Below, piece after piece: positions 18,672 to 26,874 of a stretch of DNA of 34,570 bases. Source of the DNA: Desulfobacterales bacterium (lineage in GTDB: Bacteria > Desulfobacterota > Desulfobacteria > Desulfobacterales > UBA5616); contig JAWODC010000011.1 of the NCBI GenBank assembly GCA_046483495.1, forward strand, positions 1 to 34,570, in the 5' to 3' direction. Positions within the stretch are counted from its first letter, which is position 1. Each line of letters opens with the position of its first letter. The notes below the pieces were generated by a model. It saw only the letters and a program-made list of their open reading frames with translations. It was not told the origin of the DNA and ran no database searches. The position numbers were made by a program, and so were the translations under genes.

Positions 18672-19781
18672 ATGTCCTTTTCTGTGGTTCTCATCCTGGT
18701 TTTCTGGCTGTTCGGATTCTATTTCCTGTGGAGAGTGCCGTTTCTGGAATCCGAACCGGGTCGAGGCATCCATGGGGACTATTTGTCGATCATTATCCCT
18801 GCGCGTAATGAGGCCGAAAACCTGAAGTACCTGTTGAAATCGTTAGATGGACAACGTGTGCGTGCCGGAGAAATAATCGTTGTCGACGACCACTCTGAAG
18901 ATGGCACCTCGGATGTCGCAGGCGAAGCAGGCTGTGTGGTTCTCCATTCCGAACCGCTGCCTGAGCGATGGATCGGTAAACCATGGGCGTGCTGGCAGGG
19001 AGCCCGGCGGTCAAAGGGATCGATTCTTCTCTTTCTGGACGCGGACACGCGTGTAGAGCCGAACGGCATCTACAAGCTGTTGGCCGCCTATTATCGTCAT
19101 GGCGGCCTGCTGTCGGTACAACCGTATCATAAGATGGAAAAAGGGTACGAACGGCTGGCGGCTTTTTTTAACATTATCACTATGGCGGGCATGAATGCCT
19201 TTACCCCGCTGCAAAAGAGGCTGAAACCTATGGGGGCTTTTGGGCCCTGCAACATGTGCGGTAAAGAGGCCTACTTTAGAACCGGCGGTCACAAAACCGT
19301 TCAGGGAGATATTCTCGAAAGCGTGGGACTTGGCCGAGCCTTTTTGAACCATGGCCTGCCGGTTCGGTGTTATGGCGGCAAGGAGGCCGTTACCTTCCGT
19401 ATGTATCCGGACGGCTTGAGATCGCTGGTTGAAGGGTTCAGTAAAGGGTTCGGTTTGGGTGCCAAGGCAACCACGACTGCCGGTCAGGTGCTGATCTTTG
19501 GATGGATCTATGCCCAGGTCCATCTGACCCGGCACCTGCTGAATGCGGCAATGGGTGGAAATGTCGAAGGTGTGACGATTTTTGCCGGTTTGAATATCCT
19601 TTATATCCTTCAGATCCACTGGATGCTGCACCGGATAGGGAATTTCAGATGGATAACGGCGTTGTTTTTCCAGGTCCCGCTGCTGTTTTTCATCGGTGTC
19701 TTTTGCGTGTCATTGGTCAAGACGTTCGTGCTTCGGAAAGCAACCTGGAAAGGCCGATCGCTGAAAACCAAAAGAGGATGA
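18672..19781 (+). CDS. crtQ: GT2 glycosyltransferase, CrtQ-like
   Basis: N-terminal TM helix, SIIIPARNE, VVDDHSEDGT, LPERWIGKPWAC, LLFLDADT, FRMYP, C-terminal TM helices and WKGR. Adjacent to a crtO-like gene. Confidence 0.75.
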   Translation: MSFSVVLILVFWLFGFYFLWRVPFLESEPGRGIHGDYLSIIIPARNEAENLKYLLKSLDGQRVRAGEIIVVDDHSEDGTSDVAGEAGCVVLHSEPLPERWIGKPWACWQGARRSKGSILLFLDADTRVEPNGIYKLLAAYYRHGGLLSVQPYHKMEKGYERLAAFFNIITMAGMNAFTPLQKRLKPMGAFGPCNMCGKEAYFRTGGHKTVQGDILESVGLGRAFLNHGLPVRCYGGKEAVTFRMYPDGLRSLVEGFSKGFGLGAKATTTAGQVLIFGWIYAQVHLTRHLLNAAMGGNVEGVTIFAGLNILYILQIHWMLHRIGNFRWITALFFQVPLLFFIGVFCVSLVKTFVLRKATWKGRSLKTKRG

Positions 19782-19785
19782 GCCC

Positions 19786-20313
19786 GTGCGATTGATCGAC
19801 CTGCCGACCTTATGGACCGTTATTATCGACATTATCGCCTGGTTTGTCATTCACATGGCTGTCGTTGCCGTTATCCTCAGGGTGCCCATCGATCGATTCA
19901 ATGCCTTCGGCCCTCTCTGCCGGGGAAGGACCTGGGAAAAACAGGGGCATGTTTATCAGAATATCTTCCGAATTCGAAAATGGAAGAAATATCTTCCCGA
20001 TGGTGCGGGCATGTTTAAAAACAGAGGTTTTCCAAAGAAAAACCTTAGTAATACAAATCCTGATTATCTGTCCGCCTTTTTCCGAGAAACCTGCAGAGCG
20101 GAACTTACGCACTGGATTATTATGCTTTTTGCGCCGTTGTTCTTCCTCTGGAATCCATTTTATGTCGGTTTTATTATGATCTTTTATGCTGCGGCGGAAA
20201 ACATACCACTGATCATGGCCCAGCGCTTTAACCGGCATCGTCTCGAACGCATATTGGAACGAAAAGGGGTAAAGCAGGGTCTCATCAATGACGAATCCTA
20301 TCATCCGTGTTGA
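19786..20313 (+). CDS. crtO: CrtO-family acyltransferase (glycosyl-4,4'-diaponeurosporenoate acyltransferase-like)
   Basis: WEKQG..Y..FRIRKWKKYLPDG, ETCRAELTHW, NIPLIMAQRFNR match the CrtO family signature. Confidence 0.82.
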   Translation: MRLIDLPTLWTVIIDIIAWFVIHMAVVAVILRVPIDRFNAFGPLCRGRTWEKQGHVYQNIFRIRKWKKYLPDGAGMFKNRGFPKKNLSNTNPDYLSAFFRETCRAELTHWIIMLFAPLFFLWNPFYVGFIMIFYAAAENIPLIMAQRFNRHRLERILERKGVKQGLINDESYHPC

Positions 20314-21247
20314 AAACCTCCGGAAGTGCTACGGGGATCTCGAAGCCGTTGGCGGGATATCCTTGCACATTGCACCCGGTGAGTTTTTCGGACTGCTCGG
20401 ACCGAACGGCGCCGGGAAAACAACCACGATCAAAATGCTGGCCGGACTCATTGCTCCCACATCGGGAAACATAGTCATCGACGGACAGAATATAACTAGC
20501 CACCCCAATTCGGTCAAAGCGAAAATCGGACTGGTTCCACAGGATTTTGCCTTCTATCCGACATTGAATGCTGAAGACAACCTGGCCTTTTTTGGAAGGA
20601 TTTACGAAATAAGGGGGCGCCGTCTCAAAAACCGGATCCATGAGGTCCTCGATATCGCCGGTCTGACTGATGCCGCAAAACAGGCGGTGGGAAATTTCTC
20701 CAACGGGATGAAACGCCGCTTGAACATCGCTATCGGGCTGCTGCACGAACCCCGAATACTTATACTTGACGAGCCGACCGTCGGGGTGGATGTGCAAAGC
20801 CGTTCCGCTATTTTCCACTCACTTATCGAGCTGAACGCAAACGGCGTAACCATGATATACACCACGCACTATATGGAAGAGGCCCAATCCCTTTGCAGGC
20901 GCATTGCCATCCTGGATAAGGGCCGGATCATTCAGTTGGACGCTTTCTCCGAAATGGTGCGGAAATTCAGGGATCCTGTGGTGAAAATCGAATTTGCCGA
21001 CCCGGTCGGCGAACTCCTTTATGAGCGCATTAAGAGCATCGGTTCGATAGCCTCTCTGGAACAGGCAGGTCGAAGTCTTCTCATCAGGTCGGCATTTCCT
21101 GCTCAAACGGTGAGAAATATCCTGTCAATACCTGAAATCAGGGATGTGGACATCCGGTCACTGGATATTTCGAAGCCGAATCTCGAAGATATTTTTCTAA
21201 CGCTCACCGGGCGTTCTCTCAGAGATAACGAATGGGAACAATTCTAA
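20288..21247 (+). CDS. ABC-2 type exporter ATP-binding protein
   Basis: Walker A GPNGAGKT, signature FSNGMKRR, Walker B LILDEPT, H-loop TTHYMEE. Confidence 0.95.
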   Translation: MTNPIIRVENLRKCYGDLEAVGGISLHIAPGEFFGLLGPNGAGKTTTIKMLAGLIAPTSGNIVIDGQNITSHPNSVKAKIGLVPQDFAFYPTLNAEDNLAFFGRIYEIRGRRLKNRIHEVLDIAGLTDAAKQAVGNFSNGMKRRLNIAIGLLHEPRILILDEPTVGVDVQSRSAIFHSLIELNANGVTMIYTTHYMEEAQSLCRRIAILDKGRIIQLDAFSEMVRKFRDPVVKIEFADPVGELLYERIKSIGSIASLEQAGRSLLIRSAFPAQTVRNILSIPEIRDVDIRSLDISKPNLEDIFLTLTGRSLRDNEWEQF

Positions 21248-22509
21248 AGATCCTGGCCATCGGCATAAAAGAGATGAAGGTCATCTGGAAGGATAAGGAG
21301 GGGTTGGCCCTGCTTTTTCTCATGCCGGCGTTTTTTATTTTAGTCATGAGCTTCGCCCTGCAGGGCGTATTTGAATCCGGCAGCAAGAATCAGCCCCTGC
21401 AGATCCTCCTGATCAATCACGATCGCGGTGAGGTCTCCGAAAAGATCATCGAGGAGCTTTCACAGCATGAAGGCATAACCCTGCATTCACGACATCAGCG
21501 ACAAAACCTCAATATCGAGCAGTCGGAAGCCCTGTTACGTCAAAAGGAGTACATATTCCTCCTGATTTTCGCCAATAACTTTTCCGAACGCATTGTGCAT
21601 CCTTCCGAGGCCGAAAACCCGTCCCCGACAGTTATTTTTGTGTTCGATCCCACCCTGAACAGGCAGCTGCTCGCACCGGTCGAAGGGGCCATACGGAGCG
21701 TGGTCGAACACCATGCTTCCATGGTCCGGATCCATCATCTTCTCGCCCGGGAACTGGGACCCTGGGAAGCATTAATGGAAAACGGTCAAGGCGGGTCCTT
21801 CGGGGATTCCGCCAATCCGGCCGACCGGGTTTTCGAAGAGATGAAGGCAGGCGGCCGTAGGAATTCAGGCGTCGTTTTTCAAACCCGGATGCCCTCCGGA
21901 ATGAAGCGTGTCGAGCGGCCCTCGGCCACTGAGCAAAATGTCCCCGCTTATACGATTTTCGGCGTTTTTTTCATTGCGCTGACGTTGGCTTCAAGTATCT
22001 ACAGAGAAAAAACAGACGGCACGTTTCAGCGGCTGCTTGCAGCCCCCCTGTCAAAGGGCGCACTGCTTTTGGGAAAGCTTCTTCCCTACCATCTTGTGAA
22101 TCTTGTTCAGATCGCGCTCATGTTTTCGATCGGTGCTGTTTTTTTTCACCTTAACCTCGGGAATCTTCCCGCACTGTTCTTCGTTTCCCTGTCCCTCTCG
22201 ATTACGGCCAACGGATTGGGTCTGCTGGTGGCGGCTTTCAGCCGTACCGAAGCTCAGATCAACGGGTTCTCAGTGCTTCTGGCCATAACGTTGTCGGCAC
22301 TCGGCGGAATGATGGTGCCCTCCTTTGTCATGCCGGACGTCCTGGAGACCATCTCTTTGCTGACACCTCATGCCTGGGCTCTGAAGGCCTATCATGATTG
22401 CATCATTCGCGGTATGGGAATACGTGAGGTGCTTCCCGAAATCGGAATTCTAATCATGTTCGGAAGTGTATTTTTCGGCATTGCTCTGTGGCGTTTTCGC
22501 TTTCGGTAA
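21232..22509 (+). CDS. ABC-2 type exporter permease
   Basis: N-terminal TM helix, large extracytoplasmic loop, REKTDGTFQRLLAAP, LGGMMVP, LTPHAWA. Overlaps the ATPase gene. Confidence 0.92.
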   Translation: MGTILKILAIGIKEMKVIWKDKEGLALLFLMPAFFILVMSFALQGVFESGSKNQPLQILLINHDRGEVSEKIIEELSQHEGITLHSRHQRQNLNIEQSEALLRQKEYIFLLIFANNFSERIVHPSEAENPSPTVIFVFDPTLNRQLLAPVEGAIRSVVEHHASMVRIHHLLARELGPWEALMENGQGGSFGDSANPADRVFEEMKAGGRRNSGVVFQTRMPSGMKRVERPSATEQNVPAYTIFGVFFIALTLASSIYREKTDGTFQRLLAAPLSKGALLLGKLLPYHLVNLVQIALMFSIGAVFFHLNLGNLPALFFVSLSLSITANGLGLLVAAFSRTEAQINGFSVLLAITLSALGGMMVPSFVMPDVLETISLLTPHAWALKAYHDCIIRGMGIREVLPEIGILIMFGSVFFGIALWRFRFR

Positions 22510-22627
22510 TCAGGCCCGCTCTTTACGAATTTGGGGCTTTATCGCTTGTTGATTAAAACATCAGTAAACTGTAAAATATATATTTGTTCCATATGCGGCC
22601 AGTGCGTGCACAACCTGAAGGAACACT

Positions 22628-24790
22628 ATGAAAAAAACGATTCTTTTGCTGCTTCTCTTTTTTTGTGCGTTTCCATCCGGACTTCCTGCTACCGAGCAAT
22701 ATGCCCGGGAAACCGGTAAAGGATGCCGTTTCTGCCACCAGCAAAGTACAGGCGGGCAACTGAACACCGTGGGGTTCGCCTTTATCCGCAATGGCTATGA
22801 CTACCCCATTTCCCCCGCGGTTCTGAAGAAAGCCGAGTCCCTTCAATCGCCGTTTCACAAGATCCTGCGCTTCGTCATCGGCTATTTGCATCTTTTGGCT
22901 GCCATTGTGTTTTTCGGCGCCATTTTTTATATCCATCTTTTCGTCAAACCATCCCGGCTTATCGGAGGCATTCCCAAACCCGAACGCCTGCTGGGTCTGT
23001 CCTGCATGGCTGTTATCACGGTTACGGGCATTTATTTGACCTGGGTGCGCATCTGGCGATGGGAACAGTTTTTCAACAACACCTTCGGACTGATGCTCTT
23101 CATCAAAATTCTCCTGTTTATATCGATGGTATTGATCGGACTGACGGCCGTAACTGTGATCCATCGGAAGATGAAAGCTGAAACCCGTTCCGTGCCGCAA
23201 ACCGAGGAAGTGACCGCCGATACCATCAGCCGGTTTGACGGTTCCGGCGACAACCCTGCCTATTTTATTTATGAAAATCAGATTTATGACGTAACCGGCA
23301 ATGCCAGGTGGAAAAACGGCCGGCATTTCGGCAAACATTCGGCCGGCACCGATCTGACCGACGCTCTGGCCGGGGCCCCTCATGGTACGGAAGTGTTCGA
23401 ACGGGTTGCCTCGATCGGACAAACGGCATCCGGTGGTCCGGAGCCGGTAAAACCTTTAAAGGCCCACAACGTTTTCATCGTCATGGCCTATACCAACCTG
23501 ATCTTGATCTTTCTGATCCTGGCCTGCATCAGTGTCTGGCGCTGGGGCCTGCCGTTTTCCATTGTTCCGGAATCCCGCAGCCAGATGGTGTCCGGGCAAA
23601 CGTGTGTGGATTGTCACCGGATCAATACACCGGGAATCCATACGGACTGGCAAAACAGCACGCACGGCATGGTCGGGGTGACTTGTGAGAAGTGCCATGC
23701 CACAACAGCTTCCGACCTGGTCCTTACCTCCCACCTGAGCAATACCCCCATTCCCATTGCCGTTGTCGTCTCACCCAAAACCTGTGGAGGCTGTCATCCC
23801 AAACAGGTTGAGGAATACGACCGCAGCAAGCATGCCCATACTTTGGAAATTATGTGGGACATCGATCACTGGTTAAATGACGGCATGAACAATGCCATTG
23901 AACGCACAACGGGCTGCTACGCTTGCCACGGCACGGAGGTGGAACTGGTCGACGGCAAACCGGTTGGCGGCACCTGGCCTAATGTCGGGGTGGGACGCCG
24001 AAATCCCGACGGCAGCCTGGGAAGCTGCTCCAGCTGCCATACACGGCACCGGTTTTCACTGGTGGAGGCCCGCAAACCCGAAGCCTGTGACCAATGTCAC
24101 CTCGGACCGGACCACCCACAGATTGAAATCTACAACGAATCCAAACACGGCACCCTTTATCATGCAGAAGGTGACGAGTGGATTTGGCATCCTGAAAAAC
24201 GAGACTGGCAGGCGGGGGTCCATTTCCGTGCGCCGACCTGTGCGGCCTGCCACATGTCCGGGACAGGTCTAAATGCCGCCACACATGACACCACCGAACG
24301 GCTGGCATGGGAAACCCAGGCGCCTCGGACCGTTCGCCCCAGTGACTTCGAACCGTTTCCGGCGGATACCGACTGGCCTACCCAGAGAAGAAAAATGGAG
24401 TCCGTATGCCTTCAGTGTCATTCCCTCACCTGGACCAAAGACCATTTTCAAAACTATGATGAGGTCATCGCCAATTACAATGTCCTTTACTACGATCCGG
24501 TGAAAGAACGAATGGATCAATTGTATGCAAAGGGACTGCTGTCAAAAGAACCCTATTTCGATGAGGAGATCGAGTGGCAGTTTTATGAACTTTGGCATCA
24601 CGAAGGCCGCCGGGCCCGCATGGGTGCGGCCATGATGGCGCCGGACTATGCCTGGTGGCACGGATTCTATGAACTGAAGCACCGCTATGCCTGTTTTATG
24701 GACCTCGCTGACGAACTGCTTGAAACCGGCGAAAGTGAGAAATTCGATCGAATCCCCGGCAGATTCGGCCAAGGGACCCGGCCGGATTAG
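22628..24790 (+). CDS. Multidomain membrane cytochrome: monoheme c + CopD-like TM region + cytochrome b5-like domain + HAO-family octaheme c domain
   Basis: Signal peptide; CRFCH; three TM helices; b5-like FDG..PAY..IYDVT..W..GRH..HSAGTDLT..APH; a fourth TM helix; eight CxxCH motifs with HAO-like CHTRHRFS, CHLGPDHPQIEIY and MAPDYAWWHG. Confidence 0.88.
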   Translation: MKKTILLLLLFFCAFPSGLPATEQYARETGKGCRFCHQQSTGGQLNTVGFAFIRNGYDYPISPAVLKKAESLQSPFHKILRFVIGYLHLLAAIVFFGAIFYIHLFVKPSRLIGGIPKPERLLGLSCMAVITVTGIYLTWVRIWRWEQFFNNTFGLMLFIKILLFISMVLIGLTAVTVIHRKMKAETRSVPQTEEVTADTISRFDGSGDNPAYFIYENQIYDVTGNARWKNGRHFGKHSAGTDLTDALAGAPHGTEVFERVASIGQTASGGPEPVKPLKAHNVFIVMAYTNLILIFLILACISVWRWGLPFSIVPESRSQMVSGQTCVDCHRINTPGIHTDWQNSTHGMVGVTCEKCHATTASDLVLTSHLSNTPIPIAVVVSPKTCGGCHPKQVEEYDRSKHAHTLEIMWDIDHWLNDGMNNAIERTTGCYACHGTEVELVDGKPVGGTWPNVGVGRRNPDGSLGSCSSCHTRHRFSLVEARKPEACDQCHLGPDHPQIEIYNESKHGTLYHAEGDEWIWHPEKRDWQAGVHFRAPTCAACHMSGTGLNAATHDTTERLAWETQAPRTVRPSDFEPFPADTDWPTQRRKMESVCLQCHSLTWTKDHFQNYDEVIANYNVLYYDPVKERMDQLYAKGLLSKEPYFDEEIEWQFYELWHHEGRRARMGAAMMAPDYAWWHGFYELKHRYACFMDLADELLETGESEKFDRIPGRFGQGTRPD

Positions 24791-24794
24791 AACC

Positions 24795-24922
24795 GGTTTC
24801 AAAACCTCCCCTCAGGCCTAATATCGGCTTTGGGATGAAGGATTAAATGGCTCAACATACATTCCTGCGCTTGAATCCTTCCTTCCGCCTTGATCGTAGA
24901 CCTGATTGAAGGTTTTGAAACC
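24795..24922. mobile_element. 128-bp palindromic element, divergent relative of copies A and B
   Basis: Perfect 13-bp terminal IR GGTTTCAAAACCT/AGGTTTTGAAACC. Shares internal motifs CTCAA, ATTCCTGCG and GCCTTGA with the 144-bp elements. Confidence 0.65.
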
Positions 24923-25079
24923 ACTTGGAGCCGATTGGACCTATTCAGTGCCCGCCATTGCCTTTGCGTTTCTCCACATTCATCAAACCCGGGAAGATCT
25001 GTTGAGCCGCTTGCGGCTTTCCCGTTTTATGGTGCGCAAACACGGCGCATGCATCGGCGCCCGGTGCGTCGCGACCAGC

Positions 25080-25238
25080 TTCGATACCCTTCCTGGCCTG
25101 AACGCCTTTTCGGTAATAATTTTTCATTTCCCGCATTTCGGTAACCAGATCGGCTTTATCCATCAACTCCGGGGGACGGTATCGTCCCGTTATAATCACT
25201 TCGGTGAAAGCCGGTTTCTGTTCCAATAATGAAAGCAC
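25080..25238 (-). pseudogene. cobO: C-terminal remnant of cob(I)alamin adenosyltransferase CobO/BtuR
   Basis: VLSLLEQKP..TEVIITGRY..PELMDKADLVTEMREMKNYYRKGVQARKGIE. The N-terminal P-loop region is absent. Confidence 0.8.
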
Positions 25239-25264
25239 GGGCGTTGAATACAACGAAAGGTTTG

Positions 25265-25280
25265 CATTTCCGGATGGACA
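25265..25280. repeat. Orphan terminus of the TGTCCATCCGGAAATG element family
   Basis: CATTTCCGGATGGACA is identical to 7685-7700. Confidence 0.65.
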
Positions 25281-25306
25281 ACGATGGATATTCCGAGCAG
25301 GCAACG

Positions 25307-26095
25307 TTAATCCTCTCTCCCCTCGCTCTTATATTTACGTGCTAAAATGGCGGCCCCGAGTGCTCCGACAATCTGCGGTTTTTCCGGTATCTTTGCCTTT
25401 AAGCCCGCCTTTTCCTCAAGCCTGCGCACCACGCCGATATTATTGGCAATGCCTCCCGTAATGACGAAATCTTTTTCTATTTTCACTCTCTTGAGGAGAT
25501 TAAAGGTTCTGACGGATATAGCCTCGTGCAGCCCGGCCAGAATATCGATCTTATCGATTTTGCGCCTGACGAGAGCAGCCACCTCTGATTTGGCGAATAC
25601 GGCGCAGGTAGAGCTTATTTTAACCTCATGTTTCGATTGGAGACTCAACTCACCGATATCTTCGATTCGAAATCCCAGTGTATCCGCCATGACCTCCAGA
25701 AATCTGCCTGTACCGGCCGCGCATTTATCGTTCATTGCAAAATTGATGTGATCCCCCTTCGCGTCTACCCGTATGGCTTTGCAATCCTGCCCCCCCATAT
25801 CGAGGATGGTCCTTACGCCTGGAAAATACCAATGAGCACCCTTGGAGTGGCACCAGATCTCAGTAACGATCGTATGTGCAAAAGGCACGAGGAATCTGCC
25901 GTATCCACTCCCCACAATAAAGCTGATGTCTTCCATCGTAAGAGAGGCTTTCGTCAGGGCATCCTCCATCGCCCGTTGGGAAGTAAGCGCACTTTGAACG
26001 CCGGTATTGATCAAGCTGTATGAAACAATATGATTATCCTCCAGGATCAGGGCACATGTGGTTCGTGACCCTACATCCACACCGCCTGTAATCAC
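25307..26095 (-). CDS. ASKHA ATPase/activase subunit, BzdQ/BcrA-like (BadF/BadG/HgdC family)
   Basis: GVDVGS, GSGYGR, TEIWCH, TILDMGGQDCKAI, MNDKCAAGTGRF, SSTCAVFAKSE, ITGGIANN. Confidence 0.88.
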   Translation of the reverse strand: MITGGVDVGSRTTCALILEDNHIVSYSLINTGVQSALTSQRAMEDALTKASLTMEDISFIVGSGYGRFLVPFAHTIVTEIWCHSKGAHWYFPGVRTILDMGGQDCKAIRVDAKGDHINFAMNDKCAAGTGRFLEVMADTLGFRIEDIGELSLQSKHEVKISSTCAVFAKSEVAALVRRKIDKIDILAGLHEAISVRTFNLLKRVKIEKDFVITGGIANNIGVVRRLEEKAGLKAKIPEKPQIVGALGAAILARKYKSEGRED

Positions 26096-26871
26096 TGTTT
26101 GCCTCCGATGTCTCTTGCGATCAGAGCCGCTCCGAGTGCTCCTGTGGCTTGTGGTTCTTCGGGAATTCTTATTTTCAGATTCGTCCGCGCCTCCAAACGC
26201 CCGATGATACCGATATTTTTCGCTACCCCGCCGGTGACTGCCAGATCTTTCTCGATTTTCACACGGTTCAAGACTTCCATAAGACGGCTTACAACCGATT
26301 CATGAATGCCGGCAACAATCGATTCTTTGGATGAACCCGTATGGATGCGCGAAATCACCTCCGACTCGGCAAAAACCGCACAAAAACTGCTGATCTTTAC
26401 AGCCGTATTTGCTGCAGCAGCCATTTGTCCCATTTCCTCGAGCGGCAGATCTACAATTTTGGTCATCGATTTCAAGAAAACACCGGTTCCGGAAGCGCAT
26501 TTTGAATTGACTGCAAAATCAGTAACTTTGCCTTTTTCATTCACACGCATGGCCCTGCTTCCTTCAGCTCCTATGTCCAGTACCGTCCTGACGGAAGGAA
26601 TCCGCCAGTGCGTCCCCCTGGCATGGCAAAGCTGCTGAGATCTGTGCTGGTCGGCAAAAGACACCGTAGCTCTTCCGGTACCTGTAGACACGATGCAGGA
26701 AAATGCATTCCGTGTAAGACCGGTTTTTTTTAATCCTTCATCGAGAAGGCACCGGGAAGCAATCTCGCCCTCTTCTTCGGTGGTCACCGCCTTTAAAAAA
26801 AGAATCTCTTCATCCTTAAGCATGACCAGTTTGACACTCTCGGCTCCGACATCAACTCCCGCAGCCATCAT
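26092..26871 (-). CDS. ASKHA ATPase/activase subunit, BzdP/BcrD-like
   Basis: GVDVGAE, VLDIGAEGSRA (divergent from GGQD), NSKCASGTG, SSFCAVFAESE, TGGVAKN. Overlaps the next gene by 4 bp. Confidence 0.85.
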   Translation of the reverse strand: MMAAGVDVGAESVKLVMLKDEEILFLKAVTTEEEGEIASRCLLDEGLKKTGLTRNAFSCIVSTGTGRATVSFADQHRSQQLCHARGTHWRIPSVRTVLDIGAEGSRAMRVNEKGKVTDFAVNSKCASGTGVFLKSMTKIVDLPLEEMGQMAAAANTAVKISSFCAVFAESEVISRIHTGSSKESIVAGIHESVVSRLMEVLNRVKIEKDLAVTGGVAKNIGIIGRLEARTNLKIRIPEEPQATGALGAALIARDIGGKQ

Positions 26872-26874
26872 GGA

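Noticed and set aside
24945..25304. Intact 119-aa gene
   Set aside because: Only the middle matches CobO. The start overlaps a repeat terminus and the tail looks like read-through, so it is treated as a pseudogene fragment.
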